Under the pieces are notes generated by a model, which saw only the letters and a program-made list of their open reading frames with translations, did not search any database and was not told the DNA's origin. This document shows, in pieces, positions 37,021 to 51,126 of a stretch of 64,000 nucleotides of DNA. Made by a program: the position numbers and the translations under genes. Every line of letters begins with the position of its first letter. The stretch's first letter is position 1. The stretch is from Octopus sinensis (taxonomy: Eukaryota). Location of the stretch: the NCBI RefSeq assembly GCF_006345805.1, contig NC_043013.1:28892001-28956000 (forward strand), in the 5' to 3' direction.

Positions 37021-37564
37021 AGTTTCTTCAGAACCGATATGAGTTTACCGATATGAGTTTACCGATATGAGTTTACCGATATTTATTGTTCATTTGAGAG
37101 CATATGAAAAACCCCTTCATGTTTGGAAAAACAGTCCTATATTACTTTTCTCTGTTCTTTCTTTGATGAAATCAGACAAGATGGCAAGGTCTTTTGGGAT
37201 ACTTTTCCATTTTTTTCTTTCCCAGGATCAACCTCATGTTCAGTGCTTCTCTGTATCACAGCTATAACAAAGCTATTGTTGTTGCTTTCTTTGTCAAAAT
37301 TTTGTGTTATAACCACTTTTTACATGTTGGGTTTCATGGATACGACAACAAGCAACTGAGACCATTGGTGCTTGAGGAGACTTCTCAAGCCAAGTGAAAT
37401 GGCAGTTGTGGCCATTGCCAGTGTCATGTAAATGATGTCTGGGAAATCGTGATTGTGGCCATTGCTGGTGTCATATAAATGGCACCCATGTTGGTGGCAC
37501 GTAAAATGCATCCATTACACTCTTGGAATGGTTGGCATTAGGGAGTGGTGAGTGGGACTGAATC

Positions 37565-37870
37565 CGAGGAGGGGGTTGAGTAGGACTTCCTGGAAAAGCC
37601 TGAGGAAGTGATGAAATAGCCGAAGAGGGGGTGAAATGTTCTAGGAGAGGGTGAATATCTCAAGGAGGTGGTGAAATGCGCTAAGAGAGGGGTGAAATGC
37701 TTGAGGAGTGGGGTGAAAGTCTCAAGGCTTAGCAGGTAAAGATGGGAGCAAAAATACCTAGGGTGCGAAAATATTTAGGGAGCGAAAATACCAAGAGAGC
37801 CAAAATTCCAAGGAGGTCTAAATTCTGAGGGGTTGAAATTACTTTTGGGGGATGAAGACACCTAGGTTAA
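37565..37870. repeat. Degenerate G-rich tandem subrepeats of about 22 bp (gaggggtgaaatg..), likely the interior of a DNA element
   Basis: g(g)tgaaa(t) or cgaaaat recurs about 10 times at roughly 20-23-bp spacing. Confidence 0.6.
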
Positions 37871-38226
37871 ATAGTAATTCTGTCTACGTTTGTGTAACTG
37901 AGATATTTTGGTTGGATTATATAGTCATTGGTGTTACATTACTTGCTATATTTTGTAACTTACAATATACTTTTCTTGGCCTGAATTTTTTGTGGGGAGG
38001 GTGCCAGTTGATTAAATCAACCCTAGTACACAACTGGTACTTAATTTATCGACCCCAAAAGATGAAAGGTAAAGTTGACCTCGGCAGATTTTGAGCTCAG
38101 AACGTAAAGACACATGGTCATAATATGCCAACATTTCTCATGGCACCTGTATGCTGTTTACAGATGCTTACATTTTTTAAAATGTTTTCCGTGAATTTTT
38201 CACGGATCCAGCTAGTTATTATTATA

Positions 38227-38259
<33 letters not shown>

Positions 38260-38933
38260 GTTATTATTATTGTAAAGGCGGTGAGTTGACAGAATCGTTA
38301 GCACACTGGGTGAAATGCTGTTAAGCATTTCATCTGTCTTTGTTTTCTGAGTTCAAATTCTGCCGAGGTTGATTTTGATTTTCATCGTTGGGGGGGTGGG
38401 GGTCAATAAATTAAGTACCAGTGAAACATTGGGGTCGATGTAATCAACTAGTCCCCACCCACCAAATTTCAGGCCTTGTGCCTATTGTAGAAAGGATTAT
38501 TATTATTATTGTAAGGTGATGAACTGGCAGAGTATTTAGAGTGTCAGATAAAAATGCTTAGCAGTATTTCTGAGTTCAAATCCCACCACAATCAACTTTG
38601 ACTTTTATTCTTACGGGGTCAATAAAATAAATCACCCATTAATTACTAGGGTTGATGAAACTGACTTGCTCCCTTCCCTCAAAATTGCTGGTTTTGTGCC
38701 AAAATTAGAAACCATTATTATTGACCAGGCACCTTTGGTTTTTATGGGTTTTTCCATGAGTAACCTTTCAAAGTGCCTCCTCCTATTGGGAGTTCTTCTT
38801 ACTTGTTATATTTTTGCTGTTATCTAATGTTTACACAGACCTTTCCTTTTGCAAAGCACTTTGTTTTTATCGTCCTGTGTTTGTCCTTTAATGTTTTTGA
38901 CTTTATATTAGCCCTTGTGGCCAATAAACCAGA

Positions 38934-38988
<55 letters not shown>

Positions 38989-39016
38989 GTTATTATTATT
39001 ATTATTATTATTATTG

Positions 39017-39577
39017 ACTGAGAGAGCAGTGCATGCCATCAAAGGGACACTGGGATAAAATATATGAAGCCCAGTATACCCATCATGACTACCCGTCTGA
39101 TAAGGGTACACCAGGCACATGCATCACCACCATATGTGTATGTGTGATATGGGGATCTCTTATCGAGATAAACAGTGCATGACCTTGCAGGTGGAGCCCA
39201 GTTAGAATTTTCTTCAGGTTGAGTCCCCCATCCCACTCAAAAGGGACCCTGAATAGGGGTTCTTTAAGGATGTTGATTGAAACACAAATGTTTCCAGAAG
39301 TGAATAATTCAAACCCCAAAGAATTCTTCTCAACACATGGCTATGATGCTCCTCCACTACTTCTGATCGTGATCAGAGATGCACATATCGTCAACCACCA
39401 AGGGACATGCTCAACTGGTTAAGGTCAAATAACTGACAAGTAAATTTGTGGTATTGAGTAGAATATTTGCTGTAGCCCATCTGTTATACCACGACAAAAC
39501 TATGTACATGATAACACTTCCAATCAGTTAAGATCAGAAGCCATGAGAGCCACTGCCTGGTACTGCATCAGGGCATT
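39017..39577. mobile_element. Unclassified interspersed element inserted in (ATT)n, probably a non-LTR 3' end or SINE
   Basis: A 560-bp complex island with sharp boundaries between two (ATT)n tracts; no coding motif recognised. Confidence 0.4.
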
Positions 39578-39834
39578 TATTATTATTATTATTATATTTA
39601 TTTTTGTATTTGGATAATGAAAGAATAAATTATTATTATTATTATTAGCTCTGAACTCTACAGAATTTTGTGTCATCATATGTTTTACATATTTCCTGTT
39701 GTTTTTGTCCTAAAAGAGTTACATTCGATTCTTTTTTGAAAAACTGATATGCATTAAAGTGCAGATTCTCTGTTAAGAAACCCCACAAGAAAATATTTCT
39801 GTCAAAAAAATCTGCAATTTTCTAAATGATATTT

Positions 39835-39924
39835 ATCACCATCGCCATCATCATCATCATCGTCATCGTCATCATCATCGTCATTGTTATTATTATTATT
39901 ATTATTACTATTATTATTATCATC

Positions 39925-39995
<71 letters not shown>

Positions 39996-39999
39996 TATT

Positions 40000-40037
<38 letters not shown>

Positions 40038-40077
40038 ATTATTATTATTATATTATTATATTATTATTACTATTATT

Positions 40078-40117
<40 letters not shown>

Positions 40118-40124
40118 CTATTTT

Positions 40125-40156
<32 letters not shown>

Positions 40157-40246
40157 TTATTATTACTATTATATATCATTATCATTATCATTATTTATTA
40201 TTATTATTATTATTATTATTTATACTATTATTATTATCATATCATT

Positions 40247-40281
<35 letters not shown>

Positions 40282-40304
40282 TATTATTATTACTATTATT
40301 ATTG

Positions 40305-40350
<46 letters not shown>

Positions 40351-40355
40351 TATTA

Positions 40356-40388
<33 letters not shown>

Positions 40389-40423
40389 ATTATACTATTA
40401 TTATTATCATCATTATCATTATA

Positions 40424-40465
<42 letters not shown>

Positions 40466-40469
40466 CATT

Positions 40470-40501
<32 letters not shown>

Positions 40502-40519
40502 ATCATTATTATTATTATG

Positions 40520-40566
<47 letters not shown>
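39835..40566. repeat. Long degenerate (ATT/ATC)n microsatellite
   Basis: About 730 bp of ATT/ATC triplets. Confidence 0.97.
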
Positions 40567-42142
40567 ATAAAAAGGCAAAAATAAATCAATCAATATTCAT
40601 AGCGAGAAGAGACGAAAGCAAGCATCTGGAATTGTCCAATTTGAATGCCAGCAGTGATGCAATCACTATGACAACAAAAGACATTGACGTCATTACGATG
40701 TCATATTCTACTTTTACACTGACGTCACTGCAAGATGACAAGAGTAACACTGCAGCAGCAGCTACCATCTCCACCCCACTGTCACCAAAGCAACAACAAT
40801 AACAATAACAAAATTTAAAAAAAACAGCACAAACAATACCATGGAAAATAAGGATCCAGAACAGCAACAATATCTATTTTGATCAATTTCAATGAAAAGA
40901 TTCCCCCCCACCAGCCCTATTTATTGCAAGGCAGCAGCAGCAACAGCAGCAGACTTGTCCTCCAAGAAGCCCTCTACCATAGGATACGAGATCAAAAGGT
41001 TGAAGTCATGCCTGTGGTTGTGGGTGTCTTGGAGATAATAACAGCAAAAATAAAAACATGAATTGCAAGACTTGAAATTGAGACTCTTGGAGAATATTTC
41101 AATACCAGCCCGCCTACCTACGTTCCTGCCTGCCTGTCTGAGACAACCATGGTTCTATGATATGACTTTCATGCTTTAATCCTTTTTATACCAAACCACC
41201 CGAGGACACCCTTGGTTCAATGACATAACCTTCTTGTTTTAAAGTGATCTTAAAACCTTCCATCAAAGTCTTTTATAAATTAATGTTCTATATATTTAAA
41301 CTTAATTACAGCTATGTTATCTTACTAAGTTTTATATTCTTTTCAAAATTATTTGAAATAAAGGTAACATATTTGAACAGGTAACAAAAGTGTTAAAGTG
41401 ATCAAAATTAAAACATTCTATGAAAATTTTGTGTTGATTTATTTTTCAAACATAAACTTGATGATATTTATTTTCTTAAATTCTTCATTGTTTTCAAAAT
41501 AAATTGTAATAAAATCAGTGCATTTCAGTAGAAATTAAGCAACAGAAGTGTTGAAAGACTGTACAATTAGGAATGGTTTGGACTCTGAAAAGGGTTCTTG
41601 GAATATAAGGAAAGAAAGAAAATCTGTGAGATATTAATATTTGTCTCTTGACATAAGCTGGCACTCTGTCTGTTACGATGACAAATGTTCCTGTTGATTT
41701 GATCAATGGAACAACCTTCTTGGGAAATTAATGTGCAAAGAGGCTGAGCACCCCACAGACATGTGTGCCCTTACTGTAGTTCTCAGAGAGATCTAATGTA
41801 ACACAGGATGTGACATGGCTGGCCCCTTTTGAATTTCAAGTACTCCTCGTTTTGCCAGATGAGTGGATTGGAGCAATGTGAAGTAAAGTGTCTTGCTCAA
41901 GGACACAATGTGTCACCAGGAATTGAACTCATGACTGTAAGGTTGTTAGCCGAATGCTCTAACCATTAAGCCACATGCTTTTACTTTCAACATAATCAGC
42001 ATAAGACTGGATTTCTGAAGCAACAACATCCATAATAATAATTGTTTCAAATTTTGGTACAAAGTCAGCAATTTTAGAGGTAGGGGTTAATTGATTACAT
42101 CAACCCGAGTACCTGACTGGTACTTAATTTACCCTTAATTTA

Positions 42143-42374
42143 AGGCGGAGAGCTGGCAGAAACGTTAGCATGCCGGGCGAAATGCTTAACGGTATTTCGC
42201 TTGTCGTTACGTTGTGAGTTCAAATTCCGCCGAGGTTGACTTTGCCTTTCATCCTTTCGGGGTCGATAAATTAAGTACCAGTTACGCACTGGGGTCGATG
42301 TAATCGACTTAATACCTATGTCTGTCCTTGTTTGTCCCCTCTATGTTTAGCCCCTTGTGGGTAATAAAGAAATA
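42143..42374 (+). mobile_element. Young full-length tRNA-derived SINE (family 2) with a 20-bp target-site duplication
   Basis: ggcggagagctggcagaaacgttagc...gagttcaaattcc...gccccttgtgggtaataaagaaata. TSD ggtacttaatttacccttaa at 42119-42138 and 42375-42394. About 20 further copies, e.g. 5235, 18626, 21657, 31143, 38276, 45262, 48832, 49340, 60419. Confidence 0.9.
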
Positions 42375-42747
42375 GGTACTTAATTTACCCTTAAAGAATG
42401 AAAATCAAAGTTGACCTCAGCAGGATTTGAACTCAGTATGTAGAGAATTGGAAGATGTGCCAATAAGCATTTTGTCTGATGTACTGAAGATTCTGCCAGC
42501 TTGCTGCTTTGATGACAATGAAAATAACAATTCTTTCTGCTACAGGCACAAGGCCTGACATTTTGGAGGAGGGGGCTAGTTGATTACATTGACCCTCAAG
42601 TGCTTGGTTGGTACTTATTTTATTGACCCCAAAGGGATGAAACATAAAGTTGGCCTTAGTGGGATTGAACTCAAAAACCAGAAGAAATACTGCTTAGCAT
42701 TTTTTCTGGTATGCTAACAATTCTGCCAGCTTCCAGCCTTAATAATA

Positions 42748-43512
42748 AACAAGAGCACTCAGAGAGCATAAACCTCCTCCAAGGCAACACCAACATCGTT
42801 TCAATGATTAGCCAGAGACAATTTTTAAAATGAGAATTTCTGAAATAAACTCAACTGCTCTCACAAATGAGAATACTAAAAATGAACCTGACTGTTCTCA
42901 AAAATTAAGTAAAAAAAACTGGAAAAATAATCCAGAATCCTTGTCTGGTACCAGATTGATGCCAGAATCTAATCAGTTTATGTCAGTCATGAGGCCAAAC
43001 ATCCCTGAAAGTTTCATTCGAATTCATCCAACAGGAGTGGCTGTGTGGTAAGTAGCTTGCTAACCAACCAAATGGTTCCGGGTTCAGTCCCACTGCGTAG
43101 CATCTTGGGCAAGTGTCTTCTACTATAGCCCCGGGCCGACCAATGCCTTGTGAGTGGATTTGGTAGACGGAAACTGAAAGAAGCCTATCATATATATGTA
43201 TATATATATATGTGTGTGTGTTTGTGTTTGTCCCCCTAGCATTGCTTGACAACCGATGCTGGTGTGTTTACGCCCCTGTCACTTAGTGGTTCGGCAAAAG
43301 AGACCGATAGAATAAGTACTGGGCTTACAAAGAATAAGTCCTGGGGTCGATTAACTCGACTAAAGGCGGTGCTCCAGCATGGCCGCAGTCAAATGACTGA
43401 AACAAGTAAAAGAGTAAAAGAGTAAAGAGAGTTCCTGAGATATCTTGTCCATGGACAAACAAACAAACACAATTGAAAACAATACCTCCACCTTCGCTAA
43501 GGCAGAGGTAAT
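42748..43512 (+). mobile_element. Helentron-associated (DINE-1/HINE-like) element with a nested SINE; a partial copy lies on the minus strand at about 57565-57879
   Basis: Starts AACAAG, 5' motif ACCTCCTCCAAGG, 3' hairpin ACCTCCACCTT-cgct-AAGGCAGAGGT, inserted in an AAT tract. Confidence 0.6.
43032..43430 (+). mobile_element. Young, near full-length family-1 SINE
   Basis: A-box-like tggctgtgtgg, B-box-like ggttcagtccc, CpGs retained, (AGTAAAAG)n tail. Nested in a Helentron-type element. Confidence 0.85.
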
Positions 43513-44075
43513 AATCATAATAATATTGGCTTTAGATTTTGGCACAAGGCTAGCAATGTTGGAGAAGGGAGTTAGTCAATTACATTGACCCCAGTGTTCA
43601 ACTGTTACTTATTTGTTGACCCCAAAAGGATGACAGGCAAAATCGATTTGGCAGAATTTGAAATCAGAATGTGAAGATGGACGAAATGCCACTAAGCATT
43701 TTGCCTGGCATGCTAACAATTCTGCCAGCTTGCCATCTGCAATAATAATAATAATGTGAAGTTGACCTTGATGGAATTTGAACTCAGACAAAATACTGCT
43801 AAGCATTTTGTCCAGCATGCTACTGACTCTGCCAGTTTACCGCCTTCTAAATAATAATAATCCTTTCTATTATAGGCACAAGGCCTGGATTTTTGTGGGG
43901 TTGGGGACAATCGGTCACATTGACTCTAGTACTTGACTGGTACTTAATTTATCGACCCTGAAAGAAAAGATTAAGTCAACTATGGCAGAATTTGAACTCA
44001 GAACGTAATAACAGGGGAAATACTGGTAAGTATTTCATCCAGTGCGCTAACGATTCTGCCAGCTCAACACCTCCA

Positions 44076-44138
44076 ATAATAATAATAATAATAATAATAA
44101 TAGTAATAATAATAATAATAATAATTCTTTACTTTTAA

Positions 44139-44201
<63 letters not shown>

Positions 44202-44250
44202 TAATAATAATAAAAATAATAATAATAAAAATAATAATAATAATAATAAC
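44076..44250. repeat. (AAT)n microsatellite
   Basis: Visible directly in the sequence. Confidence 0.95.
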
Positions 44251-46359
44251 AGTAGTTCAACTAAGTTTTGTATGTGAAAATATATTTATATGTTTTTCAA
44301 ACATATAAAATAGTCTTGTCATCAAATGTTTCCATGGTAGAAAACATATTTTAGACATAAATATAAAAATATGATAATGCTTAATATCACATGAAAATGT
44401 GATATTAAACATTATAAATAGCAACTTGAAGTACAAAAGAACAGACTCATGAGACTTGTGGCTATGTTTACCATGTTGAATAATTAATAAGAAAAAGAAT
44501 TATTTTCAATAATGCTTATTAATAACACTAAGCATTTTTGATATACACCATGTACAATTTGTTATATCCGTATTGTATGTATAACTCAAGAAATGATGAA
44601 TTTATCAAAAGATGTGAGCTAGAATATCTCATAAATTTAGGATGTGGATGATAGTTAAAACAAAAGTCTCCTAGTGAGAAAGTTGGAGGATGAAAATAAT
44701 CTGATTAAATGTGGTTCAAAAGACACATACCCTCTGGCCATAATAAAGTTTTTCTAGAGAGCTGAACTCAAAAGCTTTTATAATCCTGGCTAAAGGTTCT
44801 AAAGAGTTCCATAAGGCTTTTAAGAACAAAAATTAAACTTTTTTTTTCTTCACTGTCTATCAAAAACTGACATCAAAGATGATTGGCTGGCAAAATGTAA
44901 ATAGGTGTTATAAAAAATGTTCAGCAATGTAGCCAAAATAACTCTGGTCAATTTTGGTTGCAAATTTTGGCACAAGGCCAGCAATTTCAGGGAGCTGGTA
45001 AGTTGATTACATCAAGCCCAGTGCTCATTTAATATTTCAACTCAGAACTCAGAATGTAAAGACGGATGAAATTCCACCGATTATTTTGCCTGGCGTGCTA
45101 ACAATTCTGTGAGCTTGCCACCTTAACTTTATCAATATTACCAAATATGATATTATTTTCCAGCAGTTTTGATTTTCAAAATTTAACATACCAGGCTCAA
45201 ATTTGAAGATTTCCTGCTATGGACTCAAACCAATTATTATTTGCTGGGCAATTGTATCACCTGGGGCTAAACACAGAGGGGACAAACAAGGACAGACATA
45301 GGTATTAAGTCGATTACATCGACCCCAGTGCGTAACTGGTACTTAATTTATCGACCCCGAAAGGATGAAAGGCAAAGTCGACCTCGGCGGAATTTGAACT
45401 CACAACGTAACGCAGACGAAATACCGCTAAGCATTTCGCCCGGCGTGCTAACGTTTCTGCCAGCTCGCCGCACCAATATAGAAGGATCGTCAAATAAAGA
45501 TTTGTGAATTGAATACATTTTCCAATCAACAACCGTTCTATAATGGTGAAGATATATCTATAAAGATAATTCAATAAATAGTTTTACTTCATCCATCCAC
45601 TCACTGTTTCGTTACTGGGCCTGATTGACTGGGACACGTAAAAACGGGGTACTTTAGACAAGAGAACCATCAAACGTTCGGAGCAGGGTTTGAAAACTTC
45701 ACCAATGAGTCATGGAATATGTAAGCAATTTATTCACTTGGTCATCACAATTTTTGAAGTTTATACCCAGAAGGCTCTTATTTCTGGTTGCGCTTAATGA
45801 TGCTACTCTTAGCAAGTTCCGTTTTCATCACGAGGCCTTTTAGGAGATAATAGGTTTATATTGTAAAACAGGGAATTATAAGCAAAGCGATGGAATTCCA
45901 TTAACAAAGAGACATACAGACGGCAAGTGATTAAAGAAAAGGAAGGAAAAGCTTTAAAAAATATTAAAAAAAAACTATAATCAAAAGTGCCGGATTAAAG
46001 AATGGTCGTATGATGATAACCAAAGTAAGAGGGCTAAGATACAAAGGATTTAAAACGAAACCAAAAAGATTTCAGTGTGTGTGTGTGTGTTTGTGTATGT
46101 GAAGACATCACAAAATTAATTCTCTCTCTGCTAAATCCTGAAGAAGAAGAAGAATGAAAAAGAAATTTGATAAAAATATGGGAAAACAATCGCAGTTTGG
46201 TGGCTCTGAGTTGAGTGTAAGAAAACAAGATTTATTTTACGAGATGTTCTTAGGTACAAAGATTAACTTTATTGCTTAATATTCATCCATAAAAGTGAAA
46301 CCATAAATACATCATGATAAAGTTCAGATATTTGTGTGTATGTGTGTGTGTGTGTGTGT

Positions 46360-46454
<95 letters not shown>

Positions 46455-47841
46455 GAGAACGGGTTTTGAAAATGAAAATTGTCAGATGATATGAAGAGGT
46501 GTCTAATTTCTGAATAATTGATTGGAAGGTAACAGGTAATATTATGTTCCTGCAACCCGCTTTTCTATGAGCAATCACCGACAACAATTGCTTCTGTGTA
46601 TAAGTTATCAATAAATGGCAATCTCATTAATACTAGGCATTCATTGCTTATCTCTCTCTCCTTTGTTTGTTGGTAAGCTTGTGCGTGTACAGACACACAC
46701 ATATATACAACATATATATGTGTGTGTGTGTGTATTATATATACATGCATGCATACCTGTATGTATGTATGATGTATGTATGTATGTATGTATGTATGTA
46801 TGTATGTATGTATGTATGTATGTATGTATGTATGCATGTATGCATGTATGCATGTATGCATGTTTGCATGTATGTATGTATGTATGTATGTATGTATGTA
46901 TGTATGTATGTATAGTGGTGTAGTTACAAAAACGGACATTGAAACTTAATCTGAGGAGGTGGTGAATGACAACCGTTGCAAATGAAGTTAATCAAAGTAG
47001 ACGGCAAAAAATTTTAGTTACTTACATACATACACGTGTATGTATAATAGAGAAACGCCAATGCCACCGCAATTTATTTATGACTATATTTGAGATCGGT
47101 TCCTGATATAGATGTGTGTGTGTGTTTCGACATCCTAAGGTCGCTGCTAATGATTTTGTTAGTTTAGAAACGTATAAAGCACCAAGCAAAGTGCATTGAT
47201 AACTCAACGCTGTCAACTGTCTATCAGATTAAATTTATATATGGTTCCCCTACATTCACGTGCAAACCACGCTTGGACATAAATTGTTAAGGGTAACGGT
47301 CCAGGAGGAAAGATCCCGAACACGGATCTGATGTGCGAAGTCGGACTGTTTGAGTCTTGTTCATCTCTCCACCAACAATAATCTCAGTGGTTATGGATTC
47401 AATGTTTCATGGTGTGTTTATCGTAAGGCACCATTCTGTCATACGATACCTCACACTTGCCGTGTCTGTATTTCGATAGGGGCAAACGTTTTTAGTCAAA
47501 ATTGTTCTTAACTACAGTTGAAGAGGGTAAAGAAAGATCTATGGAGGAGAAAGGAGGGGAATAAATACACGTTATTATGAAAAGAGTAGCGTAGCCCGAT
47601 CTAAAACGCATGTCTCCGAGGAGGCGATAATGCTAATAAATATTTCTGACATAAACCAACAGGCTCTTATTTCGAAAATGCGGTGTAACCAACTATATCA
47701 ACCTCAGAAGGATGAAAGGTGAAGTCAACTCCAACAGGATTTGAACTTAGAGAGAGAAATAAAAGGACGACTGAAAATTGTCAGCGTTTTGTCCGCTGCT
47801 CTATCGATTATGTCTAGATTTCTAACTTTAGTACATAGTTA

Positions 47842-48362
47842 CCGTAAATCCTTGAATATAGTCCGCCCTTGAGTATAATACGTAGGGGATTTTTTGGGGC
47901 CTGTACCTCTGAAAAACCTAAACCTTGTGTATAATACGCACCCCTTCACTAACTTGAGTCAAGGAGGTCTATATAACGTCCTTGGTTTGTAAAAATGTAT
48001 CCAGTAACGTCCTTTATTATTATTGTATATATAACATAATGCAAACGTGCAGCTTTTTTGTGCATTTTATTTGCAGAAAATAAAGAAGTAACAGTAGCAA
48101 CAGTAATAACGTTTAATAAATGTTGCTTACTGCAAGTTATGGATGATTCTTTTATGACTTCATTACTTTCAGGCTTAGCTTAAGGTATTTTCGCGCCCGA
48201 CATCACAAAATGCATCTGAATAAACATTGCCGGACAGCAAATAGAGACTCGGATATTGCTTAGAAAATATTTTTCATTTTTAACCTCGTATATAGTACGC
48301 ACAAGGGATTTTGACCTTTAAATTTTTTGGGAAAAATGCGGATTATACTCGAGGATTTACCG
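47842..48362. mobile_element. Tc1/mariner-pogo-like MITE
   Basis: TA-CCGTAAATCCTTGAATATAGTCCGC ... GCGGATTATACTCGAGGATTTACCG-TA, with subterminal gtataatacgc repeats. Confidence 0.82.
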
Positions 48363-48480
48363 TAAACGAAAATTTGTCAGTTATATTTATAATAGAGGCG
48401 TAGAAATGACTGTGTGGTTAAGAAGTTTGCTTTGTAAGCGTATGGTTTAGTGTTCGGTCATACTGTGCGACACCTTGGGC

Positions 48481-48693
48481 TATAAGCCCGGGGACAGGGG
48501 GTGCAAAATCAAAATTTGCACCCCTACCTGCTTTTCTCAGGTTTAGAAAACAGTGAGTAAAAAGTGATCTGCGAAAAATACCTTAAATTAGGTTTTTCTC
48601 AAAGAACAAAAATAAATAAAAAAAAACATGACCACATTTGTAAAAATTCTTTGGGTTTGCACCCGCTAAGCCAATTTTATTTCTGAGCCAGTG
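48481..48693. mobile_element. hAT-like MITE inserted in a family-1 SINE
   Basis: Perfect 8-bp TSD CCTTGGGC at 48473-48480 and 48694-48701; TIRs degenerate. Confidence 0.65.
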
Positions 48694-49836
48694 CCTTGGG
48701 CAAATGTCCTCTGCTATAACCCCGTGCCCTGCGAGTGAATTTGGTAGGCGGAAAATGTACGGAAGCCTGTCGTGTGTGTTATTGCCCTCCTCCACTGCTT
48801 GACAGCAGATATTAATTTGTTTACCAATATTCTTTTCTACTCTTAAGCACAAGGCCCGAAATTTTGGGGGAGGGAGACAGTCGATTAGATCGACCCTAGT
48901 ATGCAACTGGTACCTATTTTATCGACCCCGAAAAGATGAAAAGCAAAGTCAACCTCGGCGGAATTTGAACTCAGAACATGAAGACAGACGAACCACCGCT
49001 AAACATTTCGTCCGGCGTGCTAACGTTTCTGCCAGCTCGCCGCCTTTTCGTTTACAAATATTGTCTCCGTAACTGTTATTAGTAATTCGGCAAATGGATC
49101 CATTGGAATAAATAACAGACATTAAAAATAAGTACCGGGGTCAATTTGTTTGACTAAACCTGTCAAGGTAGCGCTCCAGTATGGCCGCAATCTGATGGCA
49201 TGAACAAGTAAAAGGTAAACTGCATGTCAAATACTGCTGTGCATGTTATCGAATCCAGGAAAATTTCTGTTCTCTTTTTTTTTTTTTTTTGTCAAAAGAA
49301 AAAAAAAGATCCAAAGATTTCACATACATTAGTTGTTACTTATTTCTTTATTGCCCACAAGGGGCTAAACATAGAGGGGACAGACAAAGGGATTAAGTCG
49401 ATTACATCGACCCCAGTGCGTAACTGGTACTTATTCAATCGACCCGAAAAGATGAAAGGCAAAGTCGACCTCGACGGAATTCGAACTCAGAACGTAAAGA
49501 CAGACGAAATACCTATTTCTTTACTACTCACAAGGGGCTAAAAACAGAAGGGACAAACAAGGACAGACAAACGGATTAAGTCGATTATATCGACCCCGGT
49601 GCGTAACTGGTACTTATTTAATCGACCCCGAAAGGATGAAAGGCATAGTCGATCTCGGTGGAATTTGAACTCAAAACGTAAAGACAGACGAAATATCGCA
49701 AAGCATTTCGCCCAGCGTGCTAACGTTTCTGCCAGCTTGCCGCCTTAGTATTAGTTGGTAAATATACATTACTTGTTACTGTCACTAATTAGGTGGATGT
49801 GGGTGCCTTAAAGTTTTAATTCTGGCGTATCCTTTC

Positions 49837-50244
49837 ATCATGTCTAGGCGACGAATTTTTTTCCCCTACCAGAGTTCCGCACCCCAGTAATGAACTCATT
49901 TGTAAAACAGCCAATCAGAGCTTGCCTTGACCTTGTCAAGTTTAACAAAAGCTGTTGCTGGTAGCAGAAACTGTATTGGTGCTGACAAACCGTTGAAGGA
50001 TTGCTTGAAAAGTGTGAAAGGAAAGGCGCCGTTCAGCTCTCAGATTATGCCTAACAAGAATAACAAGCGTTATTGAAAGAGAAAAGAAGCATGGTCATTC
50101 CTTACCCAAGTGACCTTATCTTATCACTTGTTATGCACTCATAAATTAGTTTGATAGTTGAGCTCTGATTGGCTGTATGCAAATAAGTTTATAACTGGGG
50201 TCTGGAACTCTTGTGGGAAAAAAATTTCGTGTTCGGGCACGCTG
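49837..50244. mobile_element. MITE with 75-90-bp imperfect TIRs
   Basis: acgaatttttttccc..agagttcc..accccagt..acagccaatcagagct versus agctctgattggctgt..actggggt..ggaactct..gggaaaaaaatttcgt. Confidence 0.75.
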
Positions 50245-50832
50245 GTGGGCCCTGAATGAAGAACGTAGAGAAAATGGTTGGATACCATAGAACTGACTAC
50301 AGATATCTATTATTGGTTGTTATTAATTTAATTTGAAGAGTCCTAATTCCGCCGTGGTCAACTTCGATTTCATCTTCTGGGAACGATAAAATAAAATACC
50401 ACTCAAGTACTTGAAGCGATAGAATGAAAAAAATGCGAGGTGGGAAATGCTTGATAGATGTTACCCAAAATAAATGAGAGAAGAAGCAAAGTGCAAACCT
50501 AAGGTATTTATTTGCTAATTCCAGATTAGCAAATTGTTGTAGAACAATCGTACTACAGTGACTAATTAGGAGGGGGTCTACGGCGAAAATAAAGGCAATT
50601 GGAAAACGTAACTTCTGCTAAAGTAAAACCATCAACATACAATGAACAGAATAATACAGGGTCACATTAAGATAAAATTTTGCGAGCCCAGACAAAGTTG
50701 TTGAGAGAATGCTTGAGATTCTTGCTCTAACCTGGCACTACCACAGTCTCTGAAGATCCCATTTTACTTTTATCTTTTCTTCGTATCCTAATCGCTACCC
50801 CAATCTCTCAATCTTCGAGTATTTGTCAAATC

Positions 50833-51126
50833 CAGCGTTTTTCAAATTATGCGTCTAGGCCCTTCAGTGGGCTGCGAAAGAAATAAAATGGGTCGCAACA
50901 AAAAAAAAAAAAAAAAAAGGAAAAAAACAACGTAAGTTGGTGCAAAGGGAAGAATATGAACCAGCGTTTTTCAAACTGTGGGTCCCGGAAAAAATAAAAT
51001 GGGTCGCGACAAAAAGGAAGGAAAAAAACGCAAGCGGGTGCAACGTGTAGAATATGAACCAGCATTTTTCAGACTGTGGGTCCCGACCCTTCGGTGAGTC
51101 ACGACAAAACAGCTTGAAAAACGCTG
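50833..51126. mobile_element. hAT-like MITE with a triplicated left end
   Basis: CAGCGTTTTTCAA ... TTGAAAAACGCTG; 8-bp TSD gtcaaatc/gcctaatc (6 of 8 match); left TIR recurs at about 50962 and 51060. Confidence 0.75.

Noticed and set aside
39822-40566. Poly-Ile/Leu/Tyr ORFs
   Set aside because: (ATT)n microsatellite.
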